A stretch of DNA of 64,000 nt, taken from the NCBI GenBank assembly GCA_963674945.2, contig CAXXWQ010000003.1, forward strand, positions 160,001 to 224,000, given 5' to 3'. A program made the translations under genes and the position numbers. This DNA is from an uncultured Desulfosarcina sp. (GTDB lineage Bacteria > Desulfobacterota > Desulfobacteria > Desulfobacterales > Desulfosarcinaceae). Below are positions 8,443 to 17,698 of this stretch, piece by piece (the stretch's first letter is position 1; each line of letters starts with the position of its first letter). The notes under the pieces were generated by a model that made no database searches, had not been told where the DNA came from, and saw nothing but the letters and a program-made list of their open reading frames with translations.

Positions 8443-10884
8443 ATGAATCGTTATCGCATCCTATTTGAACAATCCCCCAACGCCGTCTTGTACATTACAC
8501 CCGAAGGCGGCATCACCGACTTCAACCCGGCGGCGTTGGAATTTTTCGCTATTTCACAGCCCGAACTCGAAGCTGCAAGCATCGAGAACCTTTTCGCCAA
8601 CCGCTCCGATTTTTCCCAACTGATCGAACGGGCAGAGGTCACCGGAATTGTCCGCAACGACCCAATTCTCTTTATTGACCGTTTAGACCGGATCAAACAT
8701 GGTCAGGTATCCATAATAGGATTGGATCGTCCCGATGAAGGTGGTGGAGGATACCTCGTTCTCATTCAGGATATCACCGAGCACCGGCAGGCGGAAAAAG
8801 AATTGTATTGTCAAAAAAACTATGCCGAACAACTTATCGAATTAGCACCGGAAGCCATCGTCATTATCGACCTTAACGGCCGGCTGCTCCGGACAAACCA
8901 GGAGTTCCTCCGTCTTTTCCAACTTACCTTGGAGACCTGCACGGGAAACTCCATCCAAGAACTGATCGTACCGGAAGACTACCTTGCGGAGAGCATATCG
9001 CTCATGGCACAGGTGTTCGGCGGAGGCAACGTCGAGGTGGAAACAATCCGCAAAAAAAGAGACGGTACACTGGTGGACGTTTCCATCTTGGCGGCGCCGA
9101 TCTCAACAGCAGAGGACGAACCGGCTATTTTCGTCATCTTCCGCGATATCACCAAGCGCAAACAGGCCGAAAAGGCGTTGATCCAAAGTGAAACACGGCA
9201 TCGAACCGTGTTGGAGGCGGCACCGGATCCGGTAATCGTCCGGGACATGGACATGCGGGTCATCTATCTGAACCCGGCTTTTACCCGCGTATTCGGTTGG
9301 CACCTGTCCGAAATCATGAACCAAAGGATCGACTTCATACCCGAAGAAAGCGTCCCCGAAACCCAAGAGTTCATGGAGCAGATTCGAAAGGGCTTCGCCT
9401 TTTCGGGAGTAGAGACCAAACGCCTTTCAAAAACAGGGCGCACGGTAGATGTCTCCATCAGCGGTGCCGTTTTCCTTGATACCGAAGGCAAGCCGGAAGG
9501 CTTTATCAACACCCTCCAGGATATCAGCGAACGACGCAAGAAGGACGAAGAGCTCCGTTACGTGGCTTACCATGACACTCTCACAGGCTTGCCCAACCGG
9601 AAATCCTTCTACATGCGGATGGACGATCTCCTCCACCATTCCAGTCGCCGCGATTCGGATCGTGCCTGGGCACTGATGCTGATAGACCTGGATAAATTCA
9701 AACAGGTCAACGATACACTGGGACACGATACCGGTGACCAACTGCTAAAAGGTGTGGCCGACCGCCTCAAGTCGTGTATTCGGGAATCGGACCACCTGTT
9801 TCGCCTCGGTGGAGATGAATTCACCATTATTCTCACTCAGCTGAACAGAGATATCGACGTTACCCGCGTGGCCCGAAAAGTATTGGATGCGATTGGCCGG
9901 CCCTTTCGGTGCAATGGCAACGAAATCTTCACCTCCACCAGTATCGGCATCTCCATATTTCCCAATGACGGATGGGACGCAGCGGGTCTATTGAAAAATG
10001 CGGACATGGCCATGTATTCCGCAAAAGAGAGTGGTGGAAGGGGCTTCCAATTCTTTACCAAAGAGATGAACCAAAAGGCCTTGCACCGCATGAAGATGGA
10101 AAGCAGTTTGCGAAAGGCGTTGGAACGTGATGAACTTCTTCTCTATTATCAACCCTTGGTGAACGGTTCCCATCGTATCGTGGGAATGGAAGCCCTGCTT
10201 CGATGGCGTCACCCGGAGTATGGGTTGGTTCTTCCTGCCGATTTCATTCGTATCACCGAAGAGACCGGCATCATCGTCTCCATGGGCCAATGGGTACTGG
10301 AAACGGCGGCCACGCAGGTCAAACAACTGCATGAAATGGGATTTTCGGATCTCGTCGTCTCGGTCAACGTGGCCGCGAGACAACTTCAGGAACCGGATTT
10401 TGAACAACTTGTTATGCAAACCCTCGAAAAAATGGAGGTTACCCCGAAGTGTATGCGTCTTGAAGTTACCGAAAGCAGCGTGATTCAGAACCTGGATGTG
10501 GTCATCCCCAAGATGAAAAACTTGAGGAAAAAGGGGATCACCTTTTCCATCGACGATTTCGGTACCGGATACTCCTCACTGAGCTATCTGAAACGATTTC
10601 CCATCGATGTTTTGAAGATCGACCGTTCATTTATTGTGGATGCGATGAAGAGCACGGGGGATCAAGAGATTATCAAAACCATCATCTCCATGGCGCGCAA
10701 CCTTAACCTCGATACCGTTGCCGAAGGCGTCGAAACCCTGGAACAAAAATCGTTTTTGATCCGTAACGGCTGCGGCAGCATGCAGGGTTTTCTCTTTTCC
10801 CCCCCTGTTTCCATGGATCAGTTCAAGGCGCTTCTCTCGCGTGACAACCCATATGCTTCTCTTGAGAATGACATCTTCCAGTAA
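8443..10884 (+). CDS. Diguanylate cyclase/phosphodiesterase with three PAS domains, GGDEF and EAL
   Basis: Three PAS/PAC repeats, YHDTLTGLPNR, RESD I-site then RLGGDEF, EALLRW, DDFGTGYSSL. Confidence 0.93.
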   Translation: MNRYRILFEQSPNAVLYITPEGGITDFNPAALEFFAISQPELEAASIENLFANRSDFSQLIERAEVTGIVRNDPILFIDRLDRIKHGQVSIIGLDRPDEGGGGYLVLIQDITEHRQAEKELYCQKNYAEQLIELAPEAIVIIDLNGRLLRTNQEFLRLFQLTLETCTGNSIQELIVPEDYLAESISLMAQVFGGGNVEVETIRKKRDGTLVDVSILAAPISTAEDEPAIFVIFRDITKRKQAEKALIQSETRHRTVLEAAPDPVIVRDMDMRVIYLNPAFTRVFGWHLSEIMNQRIDFIPEESVPETQEFMEQIRKGFAFSGVETKRLSKTGRTVDVSISGAVFLDTEGKPEGFINTLQDISERRKKDEELRYVAYHDTLTGLPNRKSFYMRMDDLLHHSSRRDSDRAWALMLIDLDKFKQVNDTLGHDTGDQLLKGVADRLKSCIRESDHLFRLGGDEFTIILTQLNRDIDVTRVARKVLDAIGRPFRCNGNEIFTSTSIGISIFPNDGWDAAGLLKNADMAMYSAKESGGRGFQFFTKEMNQKALHRMKMESSLRKALERDELLLYYQPLVNGSHRIVGMEALLRWRHPEYGLVLPADFIRITEETGIIVSMGQWVLETAATQVKQLHEMGFSDLVVSVNVAARQLQEPDFEQLVMQTLEKMEVTPKCMRLEVTESSVIQNLDVVIPKMKNLRKKGITFSIDDFGTGYSSLSYLKRFPIDVLKIDRSFIVDAMKSTGDQEIIKTIISMARNLNLDTVAEGVETLEQKSFLIRNGCGSMQGFLFSPPVSMDQFKALLSRDNPYASLENDIFQ

Positions 10885-10925
10885 CGTCCTTTTGCCCTAT
10901 CGCTGTTACCATCATAGGAGCCATC

Positions 10926-11696
10926 ATGCGTTTTCGCCCATGTATCGATCTACACGACGGCGTGGTCAAACAGATCGTCGGGTCGACATTGACAGACAAA
11001 GGCACAAGCTCTCCGGAGACCAACTTTTGCACAGAGAAACCGGCAAGCTGGTTTGCCGACCGATACCGTCAGGACAACCTTACCGGCGGACATGTGATCC
11101 AATTGGGCAAGGGTAACGAATCTGCGGCCCGTTCCGCCCTGTCCCGATGGCCGGGCGGCATGCAGATCGGAGGTGGAATCAACCTCGAGAACGCCGAATC
11201 CTGGCTGGCCGCAGGCGCAAGCCACGTAATCGTCACCTCATGGGTGTTTCATGACGGTCGCATCCACATGGCCCGCTTAGAGAACCTGGTCAGGCGAATC
11301 GGAAAATCGCGACTGGTATTGGATTTGAGCTGCCGAAAACGCGGGGACGATTATATGGTGGCCACCGATCGCTGGCAGACCTTCACCGAGGAAGCCGTCA
11401 ATTCCCATCTGATGGACCGCCTCTCCGACTATTGCGACGAATTTCTCATTCATGCCGTGGATGTGGAGGGGCGTTGCGGCGGTATCGAGACCGACCTGGT
11501 GGCCCTCCTGGGCAATTGGGACGGCGTTCCCATCACTTACGCGGGTGGGATATCCAGTCAGGCCGATATCGATACCATCGAAACGTTGGGTAACGGAAAG
11601 ATCGATTTCACCGTTGGCAGTGCCCTGAACATTTTCGGCGGCACCGGGTTTCGGTATGCGGACTTGGCACGGCGGTATGGACCGCGTAAACAGTAA
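10926..11696 (+). CDS. hisA: ProFAR isomerase, eukaryotic HIS6-like type
   Basis: MRFRPCIDLHDGVVKQIVGSTL, QIGGGI, LDLSCR, EFLIHAVDVEG, TYAGG, TVGSAL. Confidence 0.88.
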   Translation: MRFRPCIDLHDGVVKQIVGSTLTDKGTSSPETNFCTEKPASWFADRYRQDNLTGGHVIQLGKGNESAARSALSRWPGGMQIGGGINLENAESWLAAGASHVIVTSWVFHDGRIHMARLENLVRRIGKSRLVLDLSCRKRGDDYMVATDRWQTFTEEAVNSHLMDRLSDYCDEFLIHAVDVEGRCGGIETDLVALLGNWDGVPITYAGGISSQADIDTIETLGNGKIDFTVGSALNIFGGTGFRYADLARRYGPRKQ

Positions 11697-11755
11697 TGAG
11701 TGATGCGTTATGCGTGATCGGTAACCGAGAACTGAGATCCGTGAACTGTGAACTA
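11693..11755. repeat. Degenerate 7-bp-periodic tandem repeat between convergent genes
   Basis: gtaatga gtgatgc gttatgc gtgatcg gtaaccg agaactg agatccg tgaactg tgaacta. Confidence 0.6.
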
Positions 11756-11760
11756 AGCTG

Positions 11761-12927
11761 TCATGGCCGGTATTTTTCGGGCAGTACCGCCTTTTCCCCC
11801 CACCCTTTCGGGATTTTCTGATTCCGGGTTTCACCCAATTTTGCCTTGCGTTTGGAAAGTCCCGGCCGGGCGAATTTCATATGGCCCTCTCTGAGCGTCC
11901 GGCCGTTGATGATCGCCTCGCTACGCAGTCGCTGACCGGCGGTTCGCTCCAACTGCCGGCCCAATCGCAGTACGCGGTCCACGTCATAACCGTGTTCGAT
12001 TCCCATCTCGTCGATCTGTACCAGCATGTCTTCGAAGCAGGTCAATCCCACGTACCGCGGATCCTCGTAGTAGTAATCTCCGGTTCCCGGGACCGGACAA
12101 TCATCCAGGAAGTTTGCGGGCTGGCCGCCGAGCCCTCCCAAGGTCCCCTCGAAGTGACAGATCCCCGCCTGAAGTGCCGCCAGAACCGATGCCGATGCCA
12201 CCCGTTTCGTCTCATGGAAATGGGCAATATGTACCGACGTATCGGGAATCGCATCCAAAATCATGGAGAAATAGCGATATACTTCGGGCGCCGATGCACT
12301 CCCGTCGTGGTCGGCATGTTCGATGTCCGATGCACCGATTTCCAGCCACCGTTTGGTAAACTCCACCGCATCGGCAAGGTCGGTGGCACCGGCAATGGGA
12401 CTGCCCCAGATGGTGCTCACGGTGCCGCACATCGCAAGACCTGCGTCCCGGCATTTTTGGATGGCACGTTCACACTCTTTCCAATAATCGGGCAAGGTAG
12501 TACCGGAATTGGCGAAGTGGTGCTCCTCTTCTGTGGAAACCATCATTAAACAACGGTCCGGTCCCACGCCCCGTCTGGCCAGTTCAATGGCACGATCCAC
12601 CGAAGGTTCCCGTATGGTCACGGCTGTGATGGTGAGGTCGTCGGTTTCGACACCCTTCTTCTCGCACCTGGCCTTGAAGCGATCGCTTCGAAGGTACGCC
12701 AGGACCTCTTCTGCGTCTGAAAATTGAGGCATAAGATAGGGGTTGCCGAGGTTTGTGACTTCGATATTCCTGCATCCGGCGAAAATCATCTCCTCGGCAT
12801 AGTAAATCTTGGCACGTGTGGAGATAAACTTCTCCAGATGCTGAAATCCGTCGCGAACAGTGATGTCCCCGAGGGTCACCTTTCGAGGCATTCGAGGAAA
12901 TATTTTCCAGTAATCGTATTCCGTCAT
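11761..12927 (-). CDS. HMG-CoA lyase-like DRE-TIM metallolyase (pyruvate carboxyltransferase domain)
   Basis: ITVRDGFQ, HFHET, GGLGGQP. Confidence 0.8.
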   Translation of the reverse strand: MTEYDYWKIFPRMPRKVTLGDITVRDGFQHLEKFISTRAKIYYAEEMIFAGCRNIEVTNLGNPYLMPQFSDAEEVLAYLRSDRFKARCEKKGVETDDLTITAVTIREPSVDRAIELARRGVGPDRCLMMVSTEEEHHFANSGTTLPDYWKECERAIQKCRDAGLAMCGTVSTIWGSPIAGATDLADAVEFTKRWLEIGASDIEHADHDGSASAPEVYRYFSMILDAIPDTSVHIAHFHETKRVASASVLAALQAGICHFEGTLGGLGGQPANFLDDCPVPGTGDYYYEDPRYVGLTCFEDMLVQIDEMGIEHGYDVDRVLRLGRQLERTAGQRLRSEAIINGRTLREGHMKFARPGLSKRKAKLGETRNQKIPKGWGEKAVLPEKYRP

Positions 12928-12928
12928 T

Positions 12929-13711
12929 TTATTCTCCCCGGTAAATCGGTTTTCTCTTCTCTTTGAAGGCCGCCAAGCCCTCCAGTCTGTCCTTGGTGGG
13001 GATGGTCACCCAATAGGCACTGGATTCGATGGCCAGCCCTGTGTGAAGGTCCGTCTCCATTCCGTAGTTGATGGCATATTTTGCCTGTTCGATAGCAATG
13101 GGACCGGTTTCACAAATTTCGGCGGCCATTTCCATGCACGCATCCATGAGGGATGCAGCTTCACAGACTTTATTGACCAATCCCATGGACAAAGCCTCTT
13201 GGGCAGCAACGCGCCTTCCCGTAAAAATTAGCTCCTTGGCCTTTCCCTTGCCGACGAGTCTCGGAAGACGCTGGGTACCACCGGCACCGGGAATGATGGC
13301 AAGGCGTGTTTCCGTAAGGCCCATGGTCGCATTTTCCGCGGCAATACGAATATCGCTGGCCAAAGCGAGTTCGGTACCGCCCCCCAAAGCAACACCATTG
13401 ACCGCCGAAATCACCGGTTTGTTTAACTGCTCGATGGAAGTAAAAAGATTTCGAATGGTGAAAATAAACTCCTTGACCTTGGGGGGAGGCAAGGTGGTTC
13501 GCTCTTTCAGATCGGCACCGGCGCAAAACGCCTTTACCCCGGCACCGGTGATGATGACCACCCGAACCGCAGCGTCGAAACGTATCGCCTCGATGGCGTC
13601 TTTCAGCGCAAACAACAAAGAAAAATTAAATGCATTCATCACCGAGGGGCGATTGAGGGTGAGAACTGCGGTCTGACCCTTCCTTTCCACTAACAATTCC
13701 TTCTCGTTCAT
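12929..13711 (-). CDS. Enoyl-CoA hydratase (methylglutaconyl-CoA hydratase-like)
   Basis: AFCAGADLKER, ALGGGTELALASD, GLTETRLAIIPGAGGTQRL. Confidence 0.9.
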   Translation of the reverse strand: MNEKELLVERKGQTAVLTLNRPSVMNAFNFSLLFALKDAIEAIRFDAAVRVVIITGAGVKAFCAGADLKERTTLPPPKVKEFIFTIRNLFTSIEQLNKPVISAVNGVALGGGTELALASDIRIAAENATMGLTETRLAIIPGAGGTQRLPRLVGKGKAKELIFTGRRVAAQEALSMGLVNKVCEAASLMDACMEMAAEICETGPIAIEQAKYAINYGMETDLHTGLAIESSAYWVTIPTKDRLEGLAAFKEKRKPIYRGE

Positions 13712-13777
13712 TGCTCCCCCAAATTCTTCGTAGATATCGATTTAGCAATCAGCTAAAGGCGAACCGCCCACCTTGGG

Positions 13778-15067
13778 TTATACGCGTTCGAGAACCAGTG
13801 CCATTCCCTGCCCGCCACCGATGCACAAGGTAGCAAGGCCGAGGCTGTGATGGCCTTTTTTCATCTGCATGGCCAGACCATAGGTGATGCGAGCACCGGT
13901 GCAACCGATGGGATGTCCGATGGAGATGCCGCTTCCGTTCAAGTTGCACATGGCCGGATCGATGTTCAACTCCCGCATGCAGGCGATGGCCTGGCAGGCG
14001 AAAGCCTCGTTGAGTTCGATACAATCCATGTCGGCGGTGGTCAAATTCAGCCTATTCAAGGTCTTACGAGTTGCCGGAATGGGACCCAATCCCATATATG
14101 CCGGGTCCACACCGCCCGATGCGAAACCCTTGATGCGGGCAAGGGGTTCGCATCCCAACGATTTCGCCTTTTCGGCACTCATCAGCAGCACTGCACATGC
14201 GCCGTCGTTAATGCCGGATGCATTGCCGGCCGTTACCGAACCGTTTTTATCGAAGACCGGCCGGAGTTTGGCGAGTTTTTCCATGGAGGTCTCCATGGGC
14301 CGCTCGTCCACTTCGAAGGCCATGGGGTCCTTTTTTCGCTGGGGAATCATCACCGGTACGATTTCATCCGCGATCCTGCCGGATTCGATGGCATCACGCG
14401 CCCGTTGATGGCTGGTCAGGCTCAGTTCGTCCTGCTCTGTCCTTGATATCTGATATCGTTTGGCGATGTTTTCCGCCGTCATGCCCATGTGATACTGGTT
14501 GAAGATTTCATACAGACCATCATGGACCATCAGGTCAATGGTCCTGCCAAAGGGCATGTTCATGCGCGCCCCCCATCTTTCGTCGTCCAGGGCGTAGGGT
14601 ACGTTGCTCATGTTCTCCATGCCGCCGGCCACCACGATCTGCGCGTCGCCTGTCATGATGGACTGGGCAGCGAGGACGATGGCCTTCATTCCGGAGGCAC
14701 ATACCTTATTGATGGTAAAGGCATTGGTCTCTTCCGGCAAGCCCCCATAAATGGAGGCCTGACGAGCCGGATTTTGTCCCTGGCCGGCCTGAAGCACGTT
14801 GCCCATGATGCACTCATCCACATAAACCGGCGTGAGATCGTCTGAATAATCATAATGGGCCTCGTTGATCTTCGTCATCTGAAAATCACCGAAGGTATCC
14901 GGACGGCAACTCTTGATGAATTCGCTGACACGGGGGCGCAGTCCCGCTCTTTTCAGGGATTCCTTGATGACCAGGGCACCCATGTCGACACATTTGACGC
15001 CTTTTAACGACCCACCGAAGCTTCCGACGGCCGTCCTTGCACCGCTTACGATAACGACATCTTTCAT
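13778..15067 (-). CDS. Acetyl-CoA C-acetyltransferase (thiolase)
   Basis: NKVCASG, NEAFA, GHPIGCTG, CIGGGQG. Confidence 0.93.
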   Translation of the reverse strand: MKDVVIVSGARTAVGSFGGSLKGVKCVDMGALVIKESLKRAGLRPRVSEFIKSCRPDTFGDFQMTKINEAHYDYSDDLTPVYVDECIMGNVLQAGQGQNPARQASIYGGLPEETNAFTINKVCASGMKAIVLAAQSIMTGDAQIVVAGGMENMSNVPYALDDERWGARMNMPFGRTIDLMVHDGLYEIFNQYHMGMTAENIAKRYQISRTEQDELSLTSHQRARDAIESGRIADEIVPVMIPQRKKDPMAFEVDERPMETSMEKLAKLRPVFDKNGSVTAGNASGINDGACAVLLMSAEKAKSLGCEPLARIKGFASGGVDPAYMGLGPIPATRKTLNRLNLTTADMDCIELNEAFACQAIACMRELNIDPAMCNLNGSGISIGHPIGCTGARITYGLAMQMKKGHHSLGLATLCIGGGQGMALVLERV

Positions 15068-15399
15068 AGTCAAATCCTATTTTCTTGCCATTGATTGGGT
15101 TAAAAACAATCTGACATCTGGTTTGTTAAGAAACGTCGTGTTCGTACTTTTCTGCGGACCGTTCACACTCGGCGTTTCGGATCCATGGGACGGATCGCTT
15201 CTTATTTGGAACCATACTATAAACGCCCCGATGGCCCCGGTCAATGTAGTAATCATTATGTTTTTCGATTCACCCTATTTTTAAAAAATCTTGAATTGAC
15301 AGAAATACGGATATAGATTGTTTGCCGTATCGGGCTGTTGAAACGAAAGGCCCCCAGCGCGCTGTCGTTCAACCATAGGTAGAAAGCGAGGATAGCTAT

Positions 15400-15930
15400 A
15401 TGCCCCCCCCAGTGATTTCCATTGTTGCCAAAAGTGGAACCGGTAAAACCACCCTCTTGGAAAAACTGATCGCCGAATTGAAACGTCGCGGCTACCGGGT
15501 CGGTGTGGTGAAGCATGATGCACACAGATTCGAAATCGACCATGAGGGAAAAGACTCCTGGCGACTGACCCAGGCCGGCGCCGACACCATGGTGATCAGT
15601 TCCCGTGAAAAATTGGCGATGGTAAAAATCAATCCCAAAGAAGACGAGCCGCACGTAACCGAGTTGATCGACACCTATTTTTCGGATGTGGATATCGTAT
15701 TGACGGAAGGATTCAAGAAAAACGCATTTCCGAAAATCGAGGTCAACCGGAAAGAACGCAGCAGGGTCCTGTTGTGCCGCGGTGAAGGATATGATCCAGA
15801 CTTGATTGCCGTTGCATCCGATGATCGTCTCGACCTGGATGTTCCCGTTCATGATATTAACGACGATCATGGATTATGCGACAGAATCGAAGCCTATTGC
15901 CTCACCCCCGATCCTTCGAGAGAAACGTGA
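15400..15930 (+). CDS. mobB: Molybdopterin-guanine dinucleotide biosynthesis protein B
   Basis: KSGTGKTTLLEKL, VKHDAHRFEIDHEGKDSWR, LTEGFK. Confidence 0.92.
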   Translation: MPPPVISIVAKSGTGKTTLLEKLIAELKRRGYRVGVVKHDAHRFEIDHEGKDSWRLTQAGADTMVISSREKLAMVKINPKEDEPHVTELIDTYFSDVDIVLTEGFKKNAFPKIEVNRKERSRVLLCRGEGYDPDLIAVASDDRLDLDVPVHDINDDHGLCDRIEAYCLTPDPSRET

Positions 15931-16670
15931 ACGGGAAAGAAGGTTCCATCCAATTTACGGCCCAAGGACTTCGACTGTCGGGTGTCCTGCACCTGCCCGA
16001 TAAATCGCCGAAGGCTGTGGTCATCGGATGCCATGGCCTGCTCGCCGACAAAAACTCTCCCAAACAGATCGCGCTGGCCCGCGCCGTAAACGCCATCGAC
16101 ATGGCCTATTTTCGTTTCGATCACAGGGGGCGTGGAGAGAGCCAGGGGGACTTTGAAACCGTCACGACCGTGGGAAACCGGATGTGCGATCTATTGGCGG
16201 CCGTCGAAACGATGAAAAAGACCTTTGGCGCCATGATGCCCATCGGACTCTTCGGAAGCAGCCTGGGGGGGACAGTCTGTCTCACGACGGCTCGACACGT
16301 CTCGCCATTTTCCATCGTTACCCTGGCCGCACCGATTCGAAGCCGGACGATCCGACTCCCCGAGGGTTCTCCGGAGTCCTTGGTGAATGAAATCGATGCG
16401 AAACGGTTGACATTCGATGTAACCGCCCAACTGAATGCCATCGATCACCTGTTGATCATCCACGGCGGGGATGACGAAACGGTGCCTGTGGAGAACGCTC
16501 ATTTTCTTTTTCAAATGGCCATTGATCCGAAAAAAAAAATGATCCTGAACGGTGGAGATCACCGGATCAGCGATATTGACCAGCAAGAGATCTTCATCGC
16601 AGAGAGTGTGGATTGGTTCGAACGATGCTTCAAATCATTTTCTGATGCCAATTCCAGGCGGTTCGAATGA
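15927..16670 (+). CDS. Alpha/beta hydrolase
   Basis: CHGL, FDHRGRGES, GSSLGG, HGGDDETV, GDH; GTG start overlaps the mobB stop. Confidence 0.85.
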   Translation: MNGKEGSIQFTAQGLRLSGVLHLPDKSPKAVVIGCHGLLADKNSPKQIALARAVNAIDMAYFRFDHRGRGESQGDFETVTTVGNRMCDLLAAVETMKKTFGAMMPIGLFGSSLGGTVCLTTARHVSPFSIVTLAAPIRSRTIRLPEGSPESLVNEIDAKRLTFDVTAQLNAIDHLLIIHGGDDETVPVENAHFLFQMAIDPKKKMILNGGDHRISDIDQQEIFIAESVDWFERCFKSFSDANSRRFE

Positions 16671-17616
16671 TCTCTTGAAGCGTTTGATAGGCCGGCCTCC
16701 ATCCCAATACTTCTTTGATCCGATCGGAACTGGCAATCAGGGTTGCAGGGTCACCTGTCCTGCGCGGGGCTTCCAACACCGGTATTTTTCTCCCGGTCAC
16801 GGATTCGGCGATATCGATCACCTCTTTTACCGAAAATCCGTTGCTGCTGCCGAGGTTGTATACGGTGCTGTCGCCGCCGTCAAGCAACGCTCCCAACGCC
16901 AGCATGTGTGCCTGTGCCAGATCGTTGACATGAATATAGTCACGGACACAGGTGCCGTCAGGGGTGGGATAATCGGTCCCGAATATTTGAATATGTTCGA
17001 TCCTGCCAACGGCGGCAGAGAGAACGATGGGGATGAGATGGGTTTCGGGATCGTGCATCTCCCCGATCTCGCCACTTTCGTCGGCACCGGCGGCGTTGAA
17101 GTAGCGAAGGGTGGTGTAACGTAAGCCGTATGCTGCATCGCAATCGGCCAGCATGCGCTCCACGCCCAACTTTGTATTGCCATAGGGATTGGTTGGCAGG
17201 CATGGATGTCTTTCGGTAATGGGCGTCTGCAAAGGTTCGCCGTACACGGCAGCCGTCGATGAAAAAATGAATCGTTTGACGCCATGACGGATCATGGCCT
17301 CGAGCAAGACCATGGTTTCGGAAAGGTTGTTTCGATAATAGTCCAACGGGCGACGCACGGATTCTCCCACTTGGGAGAACGCGGCAAAGTGCATCACCGC
17401 ATCGAACCGATGTTCTTGAAAGAGCCGGTCCAGTAGCCGGACATCCCCGAGGCTGCCGACAACCAACTCACCGTTCTTGACAAGCGTTCGATTTCCGGTG
17501 GAAAGATTGTCCAGGATCACCACCCGGTACCCTTCATCGACGAGCGTTCGAACCATGTGAGACCCGATGTATCCGGCCCCTCCCACGACAAGGATTTTGT
17601 TTTCTGTCTCGTTCAT
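16630..17616 (-). CDS. galE: UDP-glucose 4-epimerase
   Basis: GGAGYIGSH, HFAAFSQVGES, YGNTK, LRYFNAAGA, TCVRDYIHV. Confidence 0.95.
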   Translation of the reverse strand: MNETENKILVVGGAGYIGSHMVRTLVDEGYRVVILDNLSTGNRTLVKNGELVVGSLGDVRLLDRLFQEHRFDAVMHFAAFSQVGESVRRPLDYYRNNLSETMVLLEAMIRHGVKRFIFSSTAAVYGEPLQTPITERHPCLPTNPYGNTKLGVERMLADCDAAYGLRYTTLRYFNAAGADESGEIGEMHDPETHLIPIVLSAAVGRIEHIQIFGTDYPTPDGTCVRDYIHVNDLAQAHMLALGALLDGGDSTVYNLGSSNGFSVKEVIDIAESVTGRKIPVLEAPRRTGDPATLIASSDRIKEVLGWRPAYQTLQEIIRTAWNWHQKMI

Positions 17617-17698
17617 GGGCTCTTTTCAGCTCAACTTTCGGAATTCATCCCAAGGCATCATTACACGATTCTGTTCCGCAAAAACCAACCGGTACCTG

